The notes: generated from the sequence alone by a model not told the origin. Positions 17,171-26,888 are shown, counted from the first letter of the stretch. The stretch: 32,000 bases of DNA from Candidatus Atelocyanobacterium thalassa isolate ALOHA (GCF_000025125.1 NC_013771.1:930001-962000), one strand, 5' to 3'. Numbers and translations are program-made.

Positions 17171-18166
17171 ATGTCAGACATTCCTTTCACTTTAGATCAA
17201 TTGCGTATTCTCAAAGCAATAGCTGCTGAGGGGAGCTTTAAGCGAGCAGCTGACAAACTTTATATTTCTCAGCCTGCAGTTAGTCTTCAGGTACAAAATT
17301 TAGAAAAACAACTAAATATACCACTATTTGATAGAGGAGGTCGTAAAGCGCAATTAACAGAGGCAGGACGTTTATTATTATCGTATGGAGAAAAAATTAT
17401 TACTCTTTGTAGAGAAACTTGTCGCGCAGTTGAAGATCTACAGAATCTTAACGGAGGAACTTTAACTATAGGAGCCTCTCAAACAACTGGAACTTATCTA
17501 CTGCCTAAAATGATTGGATTATTTAGACAAAAATATCCTGACGTAGTAGTCCAATTGCAAATACATTCAACAAGAAGAACAGCATGGGGAGTTAATAGTG
17601 GACAAATTGATCTAGCTATTGTTGGAGGTGACATCCCTAAAGAGTTACAAGACATATTAAAGGTAATTCCCTATATTAAAGATGAATTAGTACTTATACT
17701 GCCAGCAAACCATCCTTTGTCAAAAATTAAGACAATTCAAAAAGATGACTTATATCGCTTAAGTTTTATCAGCTTAGACGCTCAATCTACTATTAGAAGA
17801 GTAATGGAAAAAAACTTAAACTATTGTGGTATCAATACAAAACGTCTTAATATAGAAATGGAGCTTAATTCTGTAGAAGCTATTAAAAATGCAGTTCAAG
17901 CAGGCTTAGGCGCAGCATTTGTCTCAATCACTGCAATTGAAAAAGAGATCAAAACAAAAGAAATTTATGTAGCTAATATTGAAAAAGTAAAAGTTAAAAG
18001 AACATTGTCAGTTATAATAAACCCTAATCGCTACCATTCAAAAGCTTCAGAAATTTTTATTAGAGAAATACTACCAAAATTTTCAAGCTATTATGAAAAA
18101 TCAACCTTAGAGTATTTTCCGTTGTCGTCTGATAACCTCAAAGAAATTAACGAAAACATTGATTGA
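17171..18166 (+). CDS. rbcR: LysR-type transcriptional regulator, Ycf30/RbcR type
   Basis: The N-terminal HTH block [61 protein letters not shown], together with [22 protein letters not shown] and [25 protein letters not shown], matches cyanobacterial/plastid Ycf30 (RbcR) as I recall it. Confidence 0.75.
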   Translation: MSDIPFTLDQLRILKAIAAEGSFKRAADKLYISQPAVSLQVQNLEKQLNIPLFDRGGRKAQLTEAGRLLLSYGEKIITLCRETCRAVEDLQNLNGGTLTIGASQTTGTYLLPKMIGLFRQKYPDVVVQLQIHSTRRTAWGVNSGQIDLAIVGGDIPKELQDILKVIPYIKDELVLILPANHPLSKIKTIQKDDLYRLSFISLDAQSTIRRVMEKNLNYCGINTKRLNIEMELNSVEAIKNAVQAGLGAAFVSITAIEKEIKTKEIYVANIEKVKVKRTLSVIINPNRYHSKASEIFIREILPKFSSYYEKSTLEYFPLSSDNLKEINENID

Positions 18167-18240
18167 ATTTTAAATATCAATATTATCTATTTATTTTTTA
18201 AATTAGTAGTTTGTGTAACAAATAACTTATTTTTTATAAT

Positions 18241-18609
18241 TTAATCATTATCGATAGGTAGACCCCGTCTGATATTTCTTTTTCCGTAATATTGTCCAAA
18301 CTGTAACTCATATACTTCATCTTCATCTTGAGTTTCTACTTCTAAATTTGATTTAGCGTAACTTACACATAGGAGAGCATAGCCCTTTTCTCTTAATTCA
18401 TGAGACAAGCCTATCGCTTCTGTTTGCTCTAATTCTCCTGACAGAATTTTTACAGCGCAACTAGTACAGGCTCCATTGCGACATGAAAATGGAAGTTCAT
18501 ATCCTTGAATTTCCGCACTGCGTAAAATGTAAGAATCATCAGGAACTTGGATGTTGTAGTTATCACCTACTTGGCGGTGGTATATTCGAACTGTGTGATA
18601 GTGACTCAT
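18241..18609 (-). CDS. Plant-type [2Fe-2S] ferredoxin with C-terminal extension (Fed2-like)
   Basis: Cluster ligands CRNGACTSC ... LLCVSY. The 122 aa include a ~25-aa C-terminal tail, as in cyanobacterial Fed2-type ferredoxins. Confidence 0.85.
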   Translation of the reverse strand: MSHYHTVRIYHRQVGDNYNIQVPDDSYILRSAEIQGYELPFSCRNGACTSCAVKILSGELEQTEAIGLSHELREKGYALLCVSYAKSNLEVETQDEDEVYELQFGQYYGKRNIRRGLPIDND

Positions 18610-18704
18610 GAGTAAATAATAAAAAAACTAAAATTAGCTATAAACGTTTTAAATAATTTGTTCTACAAAGATAGCGATCTAAATATTCATACTATCCTTA
18701 GTAA

Positions 18705-18742
18705 AATATTAAAGGCTATATATACATATAGCCTTTAATATT
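18705..18742 (-). terminator. 17-bp perfect hairpin overlapping the moeB stop codon
   Basis: AATATTAAAGGCTATAT (18705-18721), ATAC, ATATAGCCTTTAATATT (18726-18742). The arms are exact reverse complements. The moeB stop (18735-18737) and its last two codons lie inside one arm. Confidence 0.55.
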
Positions 18743-19910
18743 GAGGTATGCTTACATCAATCTGTTGGCTCCAAGCATTAATACCTCCCTTAAGATTAGT
18801 CCCCACGATACCAAATTTTTCTAAAATTTCGAGAGCTTTAATTGAACGTCCTCCCATTTTACAATGAACAATTAAACGTTTATTTTCTATTAGGCTTCTA
18901 ATTTGTGGAATTCCTGTACCATCTTCAATACTTGCTAATGGCACCAAAACTGAGCCACTAATATGTGCAATTTGACGTTCATTAACATTTCGTACATCAA
19001 TTAATACAAAAGATTCTGAGTTTGAATCTATTAATTTTTTAAGCTCTTGAACTGCTATTTCAGATATCATGGTGCTATTATCTTTATTCTTAAATGTTGA
19101 AACATTAGAAACGTTACAGAATTCCTCATAATCGATTAATTGATTTATAACAGGACGATTAGGATTGGATCTTAATTTCAACTCTTTGAAAGTCATATCC
19201 CAAGCATTATATAAAAGTAAACGTCCACTAAGAGTATTATTAGAACCTAATATAACTTTAATAGTTTCCGTAGCTTGAATTGTTCCAATAATACCAGGTA
19301 ATACTCCTAAAACTCCCCCTTCAGCACAAGAAGGAACCATTCCAGGTGGTGGAGGCTCTGGAAATAAATCTCTATAGTTAGGACCTCCTTGATAATTGAA
19401 AACTGTTGTTTGCCCTTCGAACCTAAAAATTGAACCATAAATATTAGGTTTATTCAGTAAAAAACAAGCATCATTAGTTAGATATCGTGTAGGAAAATTA
19501 TCTGTCCCATCTACAACTACATCATAAGGTTTTAAAATTTGAATAGCATTTTCAGAAGAAAGACGATTCTTATACAAGTCAACTTGACATGTAGGATTTA
19601 TCTCTAAAATTCTATTTTTTGCTGATTCTATCTTTAATTTACCAACCCATGAAGCACCATGTATTATTTGACGTTGCAAGTTAGAACTTTCAACAATATC
19701 AAAATCAACAATACCAATGTTACCTATCCCGGCAGCAGCAAGATAAAGTAACAACGGAGAGCCTAATCCACCAGTTCCAACACAAATAACGCTAGCAGCC
19801 TTCAATTTTTTCTGACCTTCTAGTCCAACTTCTGGCAGAATAATATGGCGTGAATATCTTTCAATCTCTTCTTTGTTAAGAGTAATTGTTTCTAAATTAG
19901 GATTAATCAT
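18735..19910 (-). CDS. moeB: MoeB/ThiF-family sulfur-carrier adenylyltransferase fused to a rhodanese domain (MoeZ type)
   Basis: GTGGLGSPLLLYLAAAGIGNIGIVDFD..SNLQRQ nucleotide-binding fold. The C-terminal rhodanese domain has the active-site loop HCKMGGRS. Confidence 0.8.
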   Translation of the reverse strand: MINPNLETITLNKEEIERYSRHIILPEVGLEGQKKLKAASVICVGTGGLGSPLLLYLAAAGIGNIGIVDFDIVESSNLQRQIIHGASWVGKLKIESAKNRILEINPTCQVDLYKNRLSSENAIQILKPYDVVVDGTDNFPTRYLTNDACFLLNKPNIYGSIFRFEGQTTVFNYQGGPNYRDLFPEPPPPGMVPSCAEGGVLGVLPGIIGTIQATETIKVILGSNNTLSGRLLLYNAWDMTFKELKLRSNPNRPVINQLIDYEEFCNVSNVSTFKNKDNSTMISEIAVQELKKLIDSNSESFVLIDVRNVNERQIAHISGSVLVPLASIEDGTGIPQIRSLIENKRLIVHCKMGGRSIKALEILEKFGIVGTNLKGGINAWSQQIDVSIPQY

Positions 19911-20121
19911 ACTTTATTACACTGAATACATTAACTAAAAGTACAATTTTTAATATAAAAAAAGATTCACCTAAATTACTGTACTCAGTATTTATTTTAA
20001 ATTTAAGTTATTCATGCTCAATAAAAATATTAAAATATTCTTACAATAGTGAATTTTTATTTAGGTTTTACAATCTTAGCTTAAAGTCTTTTAGCTCTAT
20101 ATTACATACTTTAAATAATAT

Positions 20122-20177
20122 ATATAAGAAATTAATACTAATATTTTATTCTAAATATTAGTATTAATTTCTTATAT
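20122..20177 (-). terminator. 25-bp perfect hairpin overlapping the nblS stop codon
   Basis: ATATAAGAAATTAATACTAATATTT (20122-20146), TATTCT, AAATATTAGTATTAATTTCTTATAT (20153-20177). The arms are exact reverse complements. The nblS stop (20172-20174) lies inside one arm. Confidence 0.55.
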
Positions 20178-22163
20178 TGGATAAATATTTACTGTTCTTG
20201 ACAAAATATTTGTATTTTTAGAACTCTCTAAAGAAGGACAATTGTCTTGATAGAGAGCTAGATCGAACCAGAAGGTTGTTCCAACTCCAATTTCACTAAT
20301 AAGGTTAGTTTGGCTATGGTGTTTATTTATAATATTCGTAACTATAGAAAGTCCTAAACCCGTTCCTTCAAGAGTATGAACTCTATTTTCTACTCTAAAG
20401 AAACGATCAAAAATTGCAGTTTGATCTTCAGGCGCAATACCAATTCCGGTATCAGAAACTTCTATCCTAACAAAAGATTTATTATTAGATTGTTTAGATT
20501 TTACTTTAAAGTAATAAGCGCGGACAACAATTGTTCCACCTGAAGGAGTAAATTTAAGAGCATTACCAACTAAATTATTTATAACTTGTAATAGTAAATC
20601 ATAATGTCCTAATACCAGCGGTAAGTCGGATTTAACTTCTTTATATAAAGTTAATTCTTTATCTTTTGCATTTAACCTATATGTTCTAATAGTTTGCTCT
20701 ATTAGTTGAGAAAGATCTACTGCACTTAAATAATATGTTTTAAATGACTCTAAACGAGATAGATCTAAAACATCATTAACTAAGCGAGTTAAACGATCAG
20801 TTTCATGATTAGCAGTTTCTAAAAATTCTTTTCTTTCTGCATCTGTCAGATCTTGTCCAAATTCGGCAAGAGTCTCAATAAAAGATTTAATGTTAAATAA
20901 AGGGGTTCTTAATTCATGAGATACATTGCTTATAAACTGACTTTTAGCTTCATTTAGGCCTACTTCTCTAGTGATATCTTGTATCGTCATGGCAATTCCT
21001 TTTAAGTCCCTATGCTGATCAAAAACTGGTGTTAGAAGAATACGAACAATTTTTAATATTGGTTGCTGCAATTTAATTCGATATTCTTCTGGAGATATCC
21101 TCGGCTCTACATAAGTATTATTCGCATGATGTCTCTTTCTCATCATTTCCTGCAATGGAAGTTGAAGCTGATTGGTTAATTCCTTAGGTAAAAGTTTTAA
21201 AACGTTTTCACCTATTAAATTTATTTTATTCCAATTAAACATACGTCTTGCCGTAGGATTGACTAACAGAAGATTAAGGTTAATATCCAATAGGATTGCC
21301 CCGTCAATAGTTGTTGAAACTAAAGTATCTAATTTCGCTTTTTCTGCTGTCAATTCTTCAATATTGTGTTCTTCATGGCTTTCGAGACGCTTAGCCATTT
21401 CATTAAAATTAAAAATTAATTCTCCTAACTCTCCACCAAAAGGAAGATTGATACGTTGTTTAAAATTACCTGTTGAGATATTTTTAACTCCTACTAATAA
21501 TTCTTTAATAGGACGAGTAATAGTTAAAGCATTAAAGGCTGCTCCTAAGATAACCATAACCCAAATAGCAACAAACACTGCAATAGTTACATCGCGAGTT
21601 AAATTGGATGAATTAACAACAGTCGCATTGGGATTGATACCTATTGCTAAAAAACCCAAATCCTTATTGTCGTGCTTTAGAGATACAAAAACATCAGTAA
21701 CTTTACCATTTGGGCTTTTATGCTGTTGCACTATAGGTAAGCTGTCATTGTCGTAAGCTTTACTAGGAAGTTTAATGCGACGTTGAACAGTTAGACAGTT
21801 TTGAACTTCTGTTGATGAATAAGGAATTGCAAAAAATATATGCCCTTCTTTATCAGCATAAATCATGTAACGTACACTAGAAGTATTTTGATAAAATCTA
21901 TTAGAGAAACGAGCTACTTCTGTTAAGTTATCTTCGGCAATTAAAGGAGAAACATTAGAAGCCAATAATAAGCCAAGATCTCTACCAAAGCGTGTATCGT
22001 TTAATCGAGCATCTTTCTGGATGATATTAACTGCCCAAAAGGTTAAACCACTCATAAATAGAGAAACCGCTAAAGTTACAGCTGCCATCAACTTAGTTTG
22101 CAGCGTAAATTCTGACCACCAGCGTTTCATGATTTTCTTGATTGTATTTAAGGGATTTAACAA
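20172..22163 (-). CDS. nblS: Sensor histidine kinase NblS/Hik33 (Ycf26 family): TM-HAMP-PAS-HisKA-HATPase
   Basis: WWSEFTLQTKLMAAVTLAVSLFMSGLTFWAVN...DTRFGRDLGLLLA is the NblS/Hik33 N-terminal signature. H-box SHELRTPL, N-box NLVGNALKFT, G-boxes DTGIGI and GTGLGLSIV. The track start is TTG at 22163; an in-frame ATG at 22130 (MKRWWSEF) is an alternative start. Confidence 0.85.
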   Translation of the reverse strand: MLNPLNTIKKIMKRWWSEFTLQTKLMAAVTLAVSLFMSGLTFWAVNIIQKDARLNDTRFGRDLGLLLASNVSPLIAEDNLTEVARFSNRFYQNTSSVRYMIYADKEGHIFFAIPYSSTEVQNCLTVQRRIKLPSKAYDNDSLPIVQQHKSPNGKVTDVFVSLKHDNKDLGFLAIGINPNATVVNSSNLTRDVTIAVFVAIWVMVILGAAFNALTITRPIKELLVGVKNISTGNFKQRINLPFGGELGELIFNFNEMAKRLESHEEHNIEELTAEKAKLDTLVSTTIDGAILLDINLNLLLVNPTARRMFNWNKINLIGENVLKLLPKELTNQLQLPLQEMMRKRHHANNTYVEPRISPEEYRIKLQQPILKIVRILLTPVFDQHRDLKGIAMTIQDITREVGLNEAKSQFISNVSHELRTPLFNIKSFIETLAEFGQDLTDAERKEFLETANHETDRLTRLVNDVLDLSRLESFKTYYLSAVDLSQLIEQTIRTYRLNAKDKELTLYKEVKSDLPLVLGHYDLLLQVINNLVGNALKFTPSGGTIVVRAYYFKVKSKQSNNKSFVRIEVSDTGIGIAPEDQTAIFDRFFRVENRVHTLEGTGLGLSIVTNIINKHHSQTNLISEIGVGTTFWFDLALYQDNCPSLESSKNTNILSRTVNIYPI

Positions 22164-22273
22164 AATTAATTTACATTTATAATTTTATAATTTACGGTTA
22201 TGTACATAGCGTTATTTTAGCTTGTTAATACTATGAGAATGGATTGAATAGTTAGTTTTTTTAAAAACTATAG

Positions 22274-22302
22274 TTGAAAACTGTAATTGATTATGTTACT
22301 AT
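22274..22302 (+). promoter_or_regulatory. Candidate promoter of the tRNA-Tyr/tRNA-Thr unit
   Basis: TTGAAA (22274-22279), a 17-nt spacer, then TACTAT (22297-22302), about 25 nt upstream of the tRNA-Tyr 5' end. This is a pattern match only. Confidence 0.35.
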
Positions 22303-22326
22303 TAATTCTTGTTGGATAAACAAAAA

Positions 22327-22408
22327 GGGTCGATGCCCGAGTGGTTAATGGGGGCGGACTGTAAATCCGCTGGCTATGCCTACGCTGGTTCAAATCCAGC
22401 TCGGCCCA
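22327..22408 (+). tRNA. tRNA-Tyr (anticodon GUA), class II with long variable arm
   Basis: Hand-folded cloverleaf: acceptor GGGTCGA/TCGGCCC, anticodon arm GCGGA-CTGTAAA-TCCGC, 13-nt variable arm, T arm GCTGG-TTCAAAT-CCAGC, discriminator A. The 3' CCA is not fully encoded (ACC then T). Confidence 0.92.
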
Positions 22409-22414
22409 CCTTTC

Positions 22415-22486
22415 GCCCGTGTGGCTCAGTGGTAGAGCACACCCTTGGTAAGGGTGAGGTCACGAGTTCAATCCTCGTCACGGGCT
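22415..22486 (+). tRNA. tRNA-Thr (anticodon GGU)
   Basis: Acceptor GCCCGTG/CACGGGC, D arm GCTC-AGTGGTA-GAGC, anticodon arm CACCC-TTGGTAA-GGGTG, T arm ACGAG-TTCAATC-CTCGT. It starts 6 nt after tRNA-Tyr. CCA is not encoded. Confidence 0.92.
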
Positions 22487-22747
22487 CTTATTTCATTAGA
22501 TTAGTAAATAATAAGCACTCTGTAAAGAAATATATAGTATAAGTAAAGAGATTTTTTAAAATCTTGCATAATAGATGCTCTCTCTAAAAGCACTAAGAGT
22601 AGAGAAAATTATTTTGTTAACCAAGTATTAAATAATTTGAAACATAACTATTGATTTTTGGTCTATGTTTTAACAATAAATTAATGTAAGCTTAATTGAA
22701 CATTTTTTATTTTGTAAAATATTTGTATTAATTAAATAAGGGTATTA

Positions 22748-23785
22748 ATGTCTTCTACTACAAATAACAATGATAAAGAAAAGGCTTTAGACTTAGTCCT
22801 AAACCAAATTGAGCGAAACTTTGGGAAGGGTGCGATCATGCGTCTTGGAGATGCGGCTAAGATGAAAGTAGAAACAGTTTCTACTGGCGCCTTGACACTT
22901 GACTTAGCTTTGGGAGGAGGGTTGCCAAAGGGAAGAATAATAGAAATTTATGGACCTGAAAGTTCTGGTAAAACTACATTAACATTGCATGCTATTGCAG
23001 AAGTTCAAAAAGCTGGAGGAGTAGCTGCCTTTGTAGATGCAGAACATGCGCTAGATCCAAGCTATGCCTCTGTATTAGGTGTTGATATTGACAATCTTTT
23101 GGTAGCTCAACCTGATACGGGAGAATCAGGTTTAGAAATAGTCGATCAATTAGTTCGTTCCTCTGCTGTTGATATTATTGTTATAGATTCTGTTGCAGCG
23201 TTAGTTCCTCGAGCTGAAATAGAAGGAGAAATGGGAGACACTCAAGTTGGTTTACAAGCAAGATTGATGAGTAAAGCACTACGAAAAATTGCAGGTAATG
23301 TAGGTAGGTCTGGATGTCTAGTCGTTTTTCTGAATCAATTAAGGCAGAAAATTGGAGTTACTTATGGAAGTCCTGAAGTGACAACTGGTGGAACTGCACT
23401 TAAATTCTATGCATCAGTACGTTTAGATATTCGACGTATTCAAACTTTAAAGAAAGGAACTGAAGGTGAGTATGGAATTAGAGCTAAAGTAAAAGTAGCT
23501 AAAAACAAAGTTGCCCCACCATTTCGAATTGCCGAGTTTGATATTATTTTTGGTCAAGGAATTTCCAACATAGGGTGCATAATTGATTTAGCAGAACAAA
23601 CTAATGTAATTAGTAGGAAAGGGGCATGGTATAGCTATAACGGAGACAATATTTCTCAAGGAAGAGATAATGCTGTTAAATATTTAGAAGAAAACTCTGA
23701 ATTTACAAAAATTATTGAACAACAAGTTCGTGAAAAATTAGCTTTAGAATCTTTAGAAATAAATGCTTCTCCAGAAAATAATTAA
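22748..23785 (+). CDS. recA: Recombinase RecA
   Basis: [26 protein letters not shown], Walker [46 protein letters not shown]. Confidence 0.98.
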   Translation: MSSTTNNNDKEKALDLVLNQIERNFGKGAIMRLGDAAKMKVETVSTGALTLDLALGGGLPKGRIIEIYGPESSGKTTLTLHAIAEVQKAGGVAAFVDAEHALDPSYASVLGVDIDNLLVAQPDTGESGLEIVDQLVRSSAVDIIVIDSVAALVPRAEIEGEMGDTQVGLQARLMSKALRKIAGNVGRSGCLVVFLNQLRQKIGVTYGSPEVTTGGTALKFYASVRLDIRRIQTLKKGTEGEYGIRAKVKVAKNKVAPPFRIAEFDIIFGQGISNIGCIIDLAEQTNVISRKGAWYSYNGDNISQGRDNAVKYLEENSEFTKIIEQQVREKLALESLEINASPENN

Positions 23786-23971
23786 TGATAATATTTATGG
23801 TTTTCTTAATCAAGAATATCTGTTTATCATAAAATAACCTTATCTAAAATTATCTAGATTTCTTTATAATTAAAAGAACTGTGTTACCATCTTGGGTGGT
23901 CAATATATGAATAAGTTACTTCCAAAGATAGACAGTGAAAATCTGTAGAGGAGTTTACAGGAGTACTAAAT

Positions 23972-25042
23972 ATGGTAGATATACAGCAACCTCTAATCTT
24001 ACATAAAAACACTTTTGATCCTATCCGCATGGGTGTAATTGGAGTGGGTAATATGGGGCAACATCACAGTAGAATTCTTAGCTTGTTAAAAGATGTGGAA
24101 TTGGTTGGTGTTTCTGATGTTAGTGTAGAAAGAGGGATTGATATTGCTAGTAAATACCGAGTACGGTTCTTCGAGAACTATTTAGATCTACTTCCTCATA
24201 TCGATGCAGTTTGTATAGCTGTGCCTACTAGATTACACCATTCTGTTGGAATAGATTGTTTAAATGCAGGAGTCCACACCCTAATAGAAAAACCTATTGC
24301 CGCAAATATCACTGAAGCTGAATCTTTAGTTAACGCAGCAGCAGATTCCAAAGGTATTCTACAAGTAGGTCATATTGAAAGATTTAATCCTGCTTTTCAA
24401 GAATTAAGCAAAGTATTAAAAACTGAAGAGGTTTTGGCCTTAGAGGCACATAGGATGAGTCCTTACTCTCAAAGAGCCAACGATGTTTCTGTAGTTCTTG
24501 ACTTAATGATTCATGATATTGATTTATTATTAGAATTAGTCAATTCGACTGTTGTAAAATTAACAGCAAGCGGTAGTCGTAGATCTAATTCAGATCATTT
24601 AAACTATGTAACAGCAACTCTCGGTTTTGCAAATGGAATAGTAGCGACTTTAACTGCTAGCAAAGTTACCCACTGTAAAATACGTCGACTTGCAGTCCAT
24701 TGTGAAAATTGTTTAACTGAAGCCGATTTTCTTAACAATGATATTTTAATACATAGACAAACTACGGCTAATTACAGTACAGAGTACGGACAAGTGTGGT
24801 ATAGACAAGATGGACTAATAGAAAAAGTACATACAACTAAAGTTGAGCCACTTCATGCAGAACTAGAGCACTTTGTACATTGTATACGTGGAGGAGACCA
24901 ACCTTCTGTTGGTGGAGTACAAGCCTTGAAAGCTTTAAGGTTAGCTAGTTCTATTGAACAGATGGCACTAGATGGTAAGATTTGGCAGCAATCGGACATA
25001 AACTATCAATATCTTAATCCTTTACCAACAAAAAGTTTTTGA
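23972..25042 (+). CDS. Gfo/Idh/MocA-family NAD(P)-dependent oxidoreductase
   Basis: N-terminal Rossmann motif MGVIGVGNMGQHH, the EKP motif (LIEKPIA) and GHIERFNP are typical of this family. The substrate is unknown. Confidence 0.7.
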   Translation: MVDIQQPLILHKNTFDPIRMGVIGVGNMGQHHSRILSLLKDVELVGVSDVSVERGIDIASKYRVRFFENYLDLLPHIDAVCIAVPTRLHHSVGIDCLNAGVHTLIEKPIAANITEAESLVNAAADSKGILQVGHIERFNPAFQELSKVLKTEEVLALEAHRMSPYSQRANDVSVVLDLMIHDIDLLLELVNSTVVKLTASGSRRSNSDHLNYVTATLGFANGIVATLTASKVTHCKIRRLAVHCENCLTEADFLNNDILIHRQTTANYSTEYGQVWYRQDGLIEKVHTTKVEPLHAELEHFVHCIRGGDQPSVGGVQALKALRLASSIEQMALDGKIWQQSDINYQYLNPLPTKSF

Positions 25043-25056
25043 TTATGATTAATTTA

Positions 25057-25104
25057 AAAAATTCTTTTAGAATTATTATATTGAATAATTTTAAAAGAAT
25101 TTTT
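25057..25104. terminator. 21-bp hairpin between the convergent oxidoreductase gene and tRNA-Val (bidirectional terminator candidate)
   Basis: AAAAATTCTTTTAGAATTATT (25057-25077), ATATTG, AATAATTTTAAAAGAATTTTT (25084-25104). It is perfect except for one G:T position (25070/25091). The A/T runs at both ends give a U-tract in either orientation. Confidence 0.55.
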
Positions 25105-25130
25105 GAGAACTTTATTAGAGGTAATAAGTA

Positions 25131-25202
<72 letters not shown>

Positions 25203-25291
25203 TTTCTAAGACCTATATATCATAACATAAGCATTTTATAAAAACAATAGTTGTTTTTATGAAAATATTAATTTAACTTTTAAAAAATACC

Positions 25292-25816
25292 ATGCCTTCC
25301 GGCCGTACTCATGATCGTATTACTGTATTAAGTGTAGTTCCTATTACAATTTTATTTTATTTTATTTTTCGCCGTAAAGAACTTATATTATGGTTTGGTT
25401 TATCTTATATTTTTAGTGGATTAATGTTTGGACCAGATTTAGATATCTATTCACTACAATATAAACGATGGGGAATAGGGCGTTGGATTTGGCTTCCATA
25501 TCAATATTCTTTTAAACATCGTTCTTTTTTATCTCATGGCTTTTTAATAGGAACAATAATTAGATTAATTTACTTTTTTGTTATCGTTATGATATTTACC
25601 ATTTTTATAAATATGGTAATCCAATTTTTTCTAGGTTCTACTTACAATTGGTGGATTTTATTCACTACAAACTATAACAAATTAAGAGCTCAGTATTTAG
25701 AAGAAGCAGTCACAATATTTCTAGGTTTAGAATTAGGTTCTATGAGCCATTCAATAAGTGATACGTTAGTTACAAACTTTAAAAGATTAAAAACTAAATT
25801 TTTGAAAACTAAATAA
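25292..25816 (+). CDS. DUF2227-like putative metal-binding membrane protein
   Basis: MPSGRTHDRIT ... FSGLMFGPDLDIYS.QYKRWG..RW.WLPY...KHRSFLSHG.LIGT resembles the conserved cyanobacterial uncharacterised metal-binding membrane protein family. Confidence 0.55.
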   Translation: MPSGRTHDRITVLSVVPITILFYFIFRRKELILWFGLSYIFSGLMFGPDLDIYSLQYKRWGIGRWIWLPYQYSFKHRSFLSHGFLIGTIIRLIYFFVIVMIFTIFINMVIQFFLGSTYNWWILFTTNYNKLRAQYLEEAVTIFLGLELGSMSHSISDTLVTNFKRLKTKFLKTK

Positions 25817-25822
25817 AAATTA

Positions 25823-25851
25823 CCCGATAAAACTAAATTAGTCTCATCGGG
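25823..25851 (-). terminator. Weak stem-loop downstream of ndhE
   Basis: CCCGAT (25823-25828) pairs with ATCGGG (25846-25851), with a 17-nt loop. On the minus strand it is followed by UAAUUUUUAUUU. The stem is short, so confidence is low. Confidence 0.3.
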
Positions 25852-25880
25852 AAAAATAAAGATAATAAATATTTATTAAC

Positions 25881-26192
25881 TCACCATTTAAGTAAATTAA
25901 ACTGTTCCATATCTATAGTTTCACGGTTTCGATAAATTGATAAAATAATTGCTAGACCAACTGCAGCTTCTGCCGCAGCAACGGTAAGAACAAATATTGT
26001 AAAAATTTGCCCTTTAATTTCTTCTGAATCAAGAGCATTAGAAAATGCCATTAAGTTGATATTGACAGCGTTTAGCATTAACTCTATAGACATTAAAACT
26101 CGAACTGCATTACGACTACTTATAAGGCCGAAAATTCCAATACAAAAAAGAAATGCTGCTAATAACACATAAAATTCTAACTGTACTGCCAT
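25881..26192 (-). CDS. ndhE: NAD(P)H-quinone oxidoreductase (NDH-1) subunit NdhE (NuoK)
   Basis: [23 protein letters not shown]...[32 protein letters not shown]; 103 aa. Confidence 0.96.
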   Translation of the reverse strand: MAVQLEFYVLLAAFLFCIGIFGLISSRNAVRVLMSIELMLNAVNINLMAFSNALDSEEIKGQIFTIFVLTVAAAEAAVGLAIILSIYRNRETIDMEQFNLLKW

Positions 26193-26225
26193 AAAACCTC
26201 ATAGTGATGAATAAACTTTTACTTT

Positions 26226-26849
26226 TTATAAGTCTAAAGACTTAGATGAAGATAATTCCTGTAATTTTTCTTCTGTTAAACGTTCAGGCAACTCTAAAGC
26301 AGTTGATATACCTTCACTATCATAAATCTCAGGAATTAAATCGCGACGAGCTAGAACGATTGCTCCTACCATAGCTATTAGTAACAAAACAGAAGCCAAT
26401 TCAAAAGGTAAAAGATAATCACTAAACAAATGTCTTCCGATTTTTATAACTGTACTTTCCAAAACTTCTGGAACAACAGCTTCCACATTCCAAGGAGTCA
26501 TATAAACTACTGTTGAAAGTAGAGCAAAAATTCCTCCACAGACCATCATGGTAGCTACCCGGTTTATCCATGACTTAGATGAGTTAGAATAATCTCCTTT
26601 TTTATTTACTAGCATAATAGCAAACAAAATTAGAACATTAATTGCTCCTACATAAATTAAAACTTGAGCTGCTGCTATGAAATCAGCGTTTAAAAGAATA
26701 TATAGTCCTGATATTCCTATAAAAACTCCTCCTAATAAGAATGCAGAATAAACAATGTTTGACAATAAAACAACGCCTAAAGCAGAGATAATTACTAACC
26801 CAGCTAAAATGGCGAAAGAGACAAGTTGGACTCCTTCTGCTAAATTCAC
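26226..26849 (-). CDS. ndhG: NDH-1 subunit NdhG (NuoJ)
   Basis: MNLAEGVQLVSFAILA... with AAAQVLIYVGAINVLILFAIMLV. GTG start (reverse complement of 26847-26849), consistent with the conserved MNLAEGVQ N-terminus. Confidence 0.93.
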   Translation of the reverse strand: MNLAEGVQLVSFAILAGLVIISALGVVLLSNIVYSAFLLGGVFIGISGLYILLNADFIAAAQVLIYVGAINVLILFAIMLVNKKGDYSNSSKSWINRVATMMVCGGIFALLSTVVYMTPWNVEAVVPEVLESTVIKIGRHLFSDYLLPFELASVLLLIAMVGAIVLARRDLIPEIYDSEGISTALELPERLTEEKLQELSSSKSLDL

Positions 26850-26888
26850 TATTATTGATACTCCTTTTTCGTTGATTAGTAGAAATTC

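Noticed and set aside
21172-21756. 194-aa ORF antisense to nblS
   Set aside because: It lies entirely inside and opposite a well-supported kinase gene. It has a low-complexity, S/L/I/K-rich translation with no motif. This is a typical shadow ORF.
22309-22542. 77-aa ORF in the track
   Set aside because: It is read straight through tRNA-Tyr and tRNA-Thr. The relatively GC-rich tRNA sequence keeps the frame open, so it is not a protein gene.
22487-22747. LexA/SOS box upstream of recA
   Set aside because: I scanned for the cyanobacterial RGTAC-N3-DGTWC type dyad and found no match.
2378-25104. Idea that the long hairpins (2378, 18705, 20122, 25057) are copies of a MITE or REP-like repeat family, or a CRISPR-like array
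   Set aside because: The arms share no sequence with each other, are single-copy in the window and are not regularly spaced. They look like independently evolved 3'-end hairpins.
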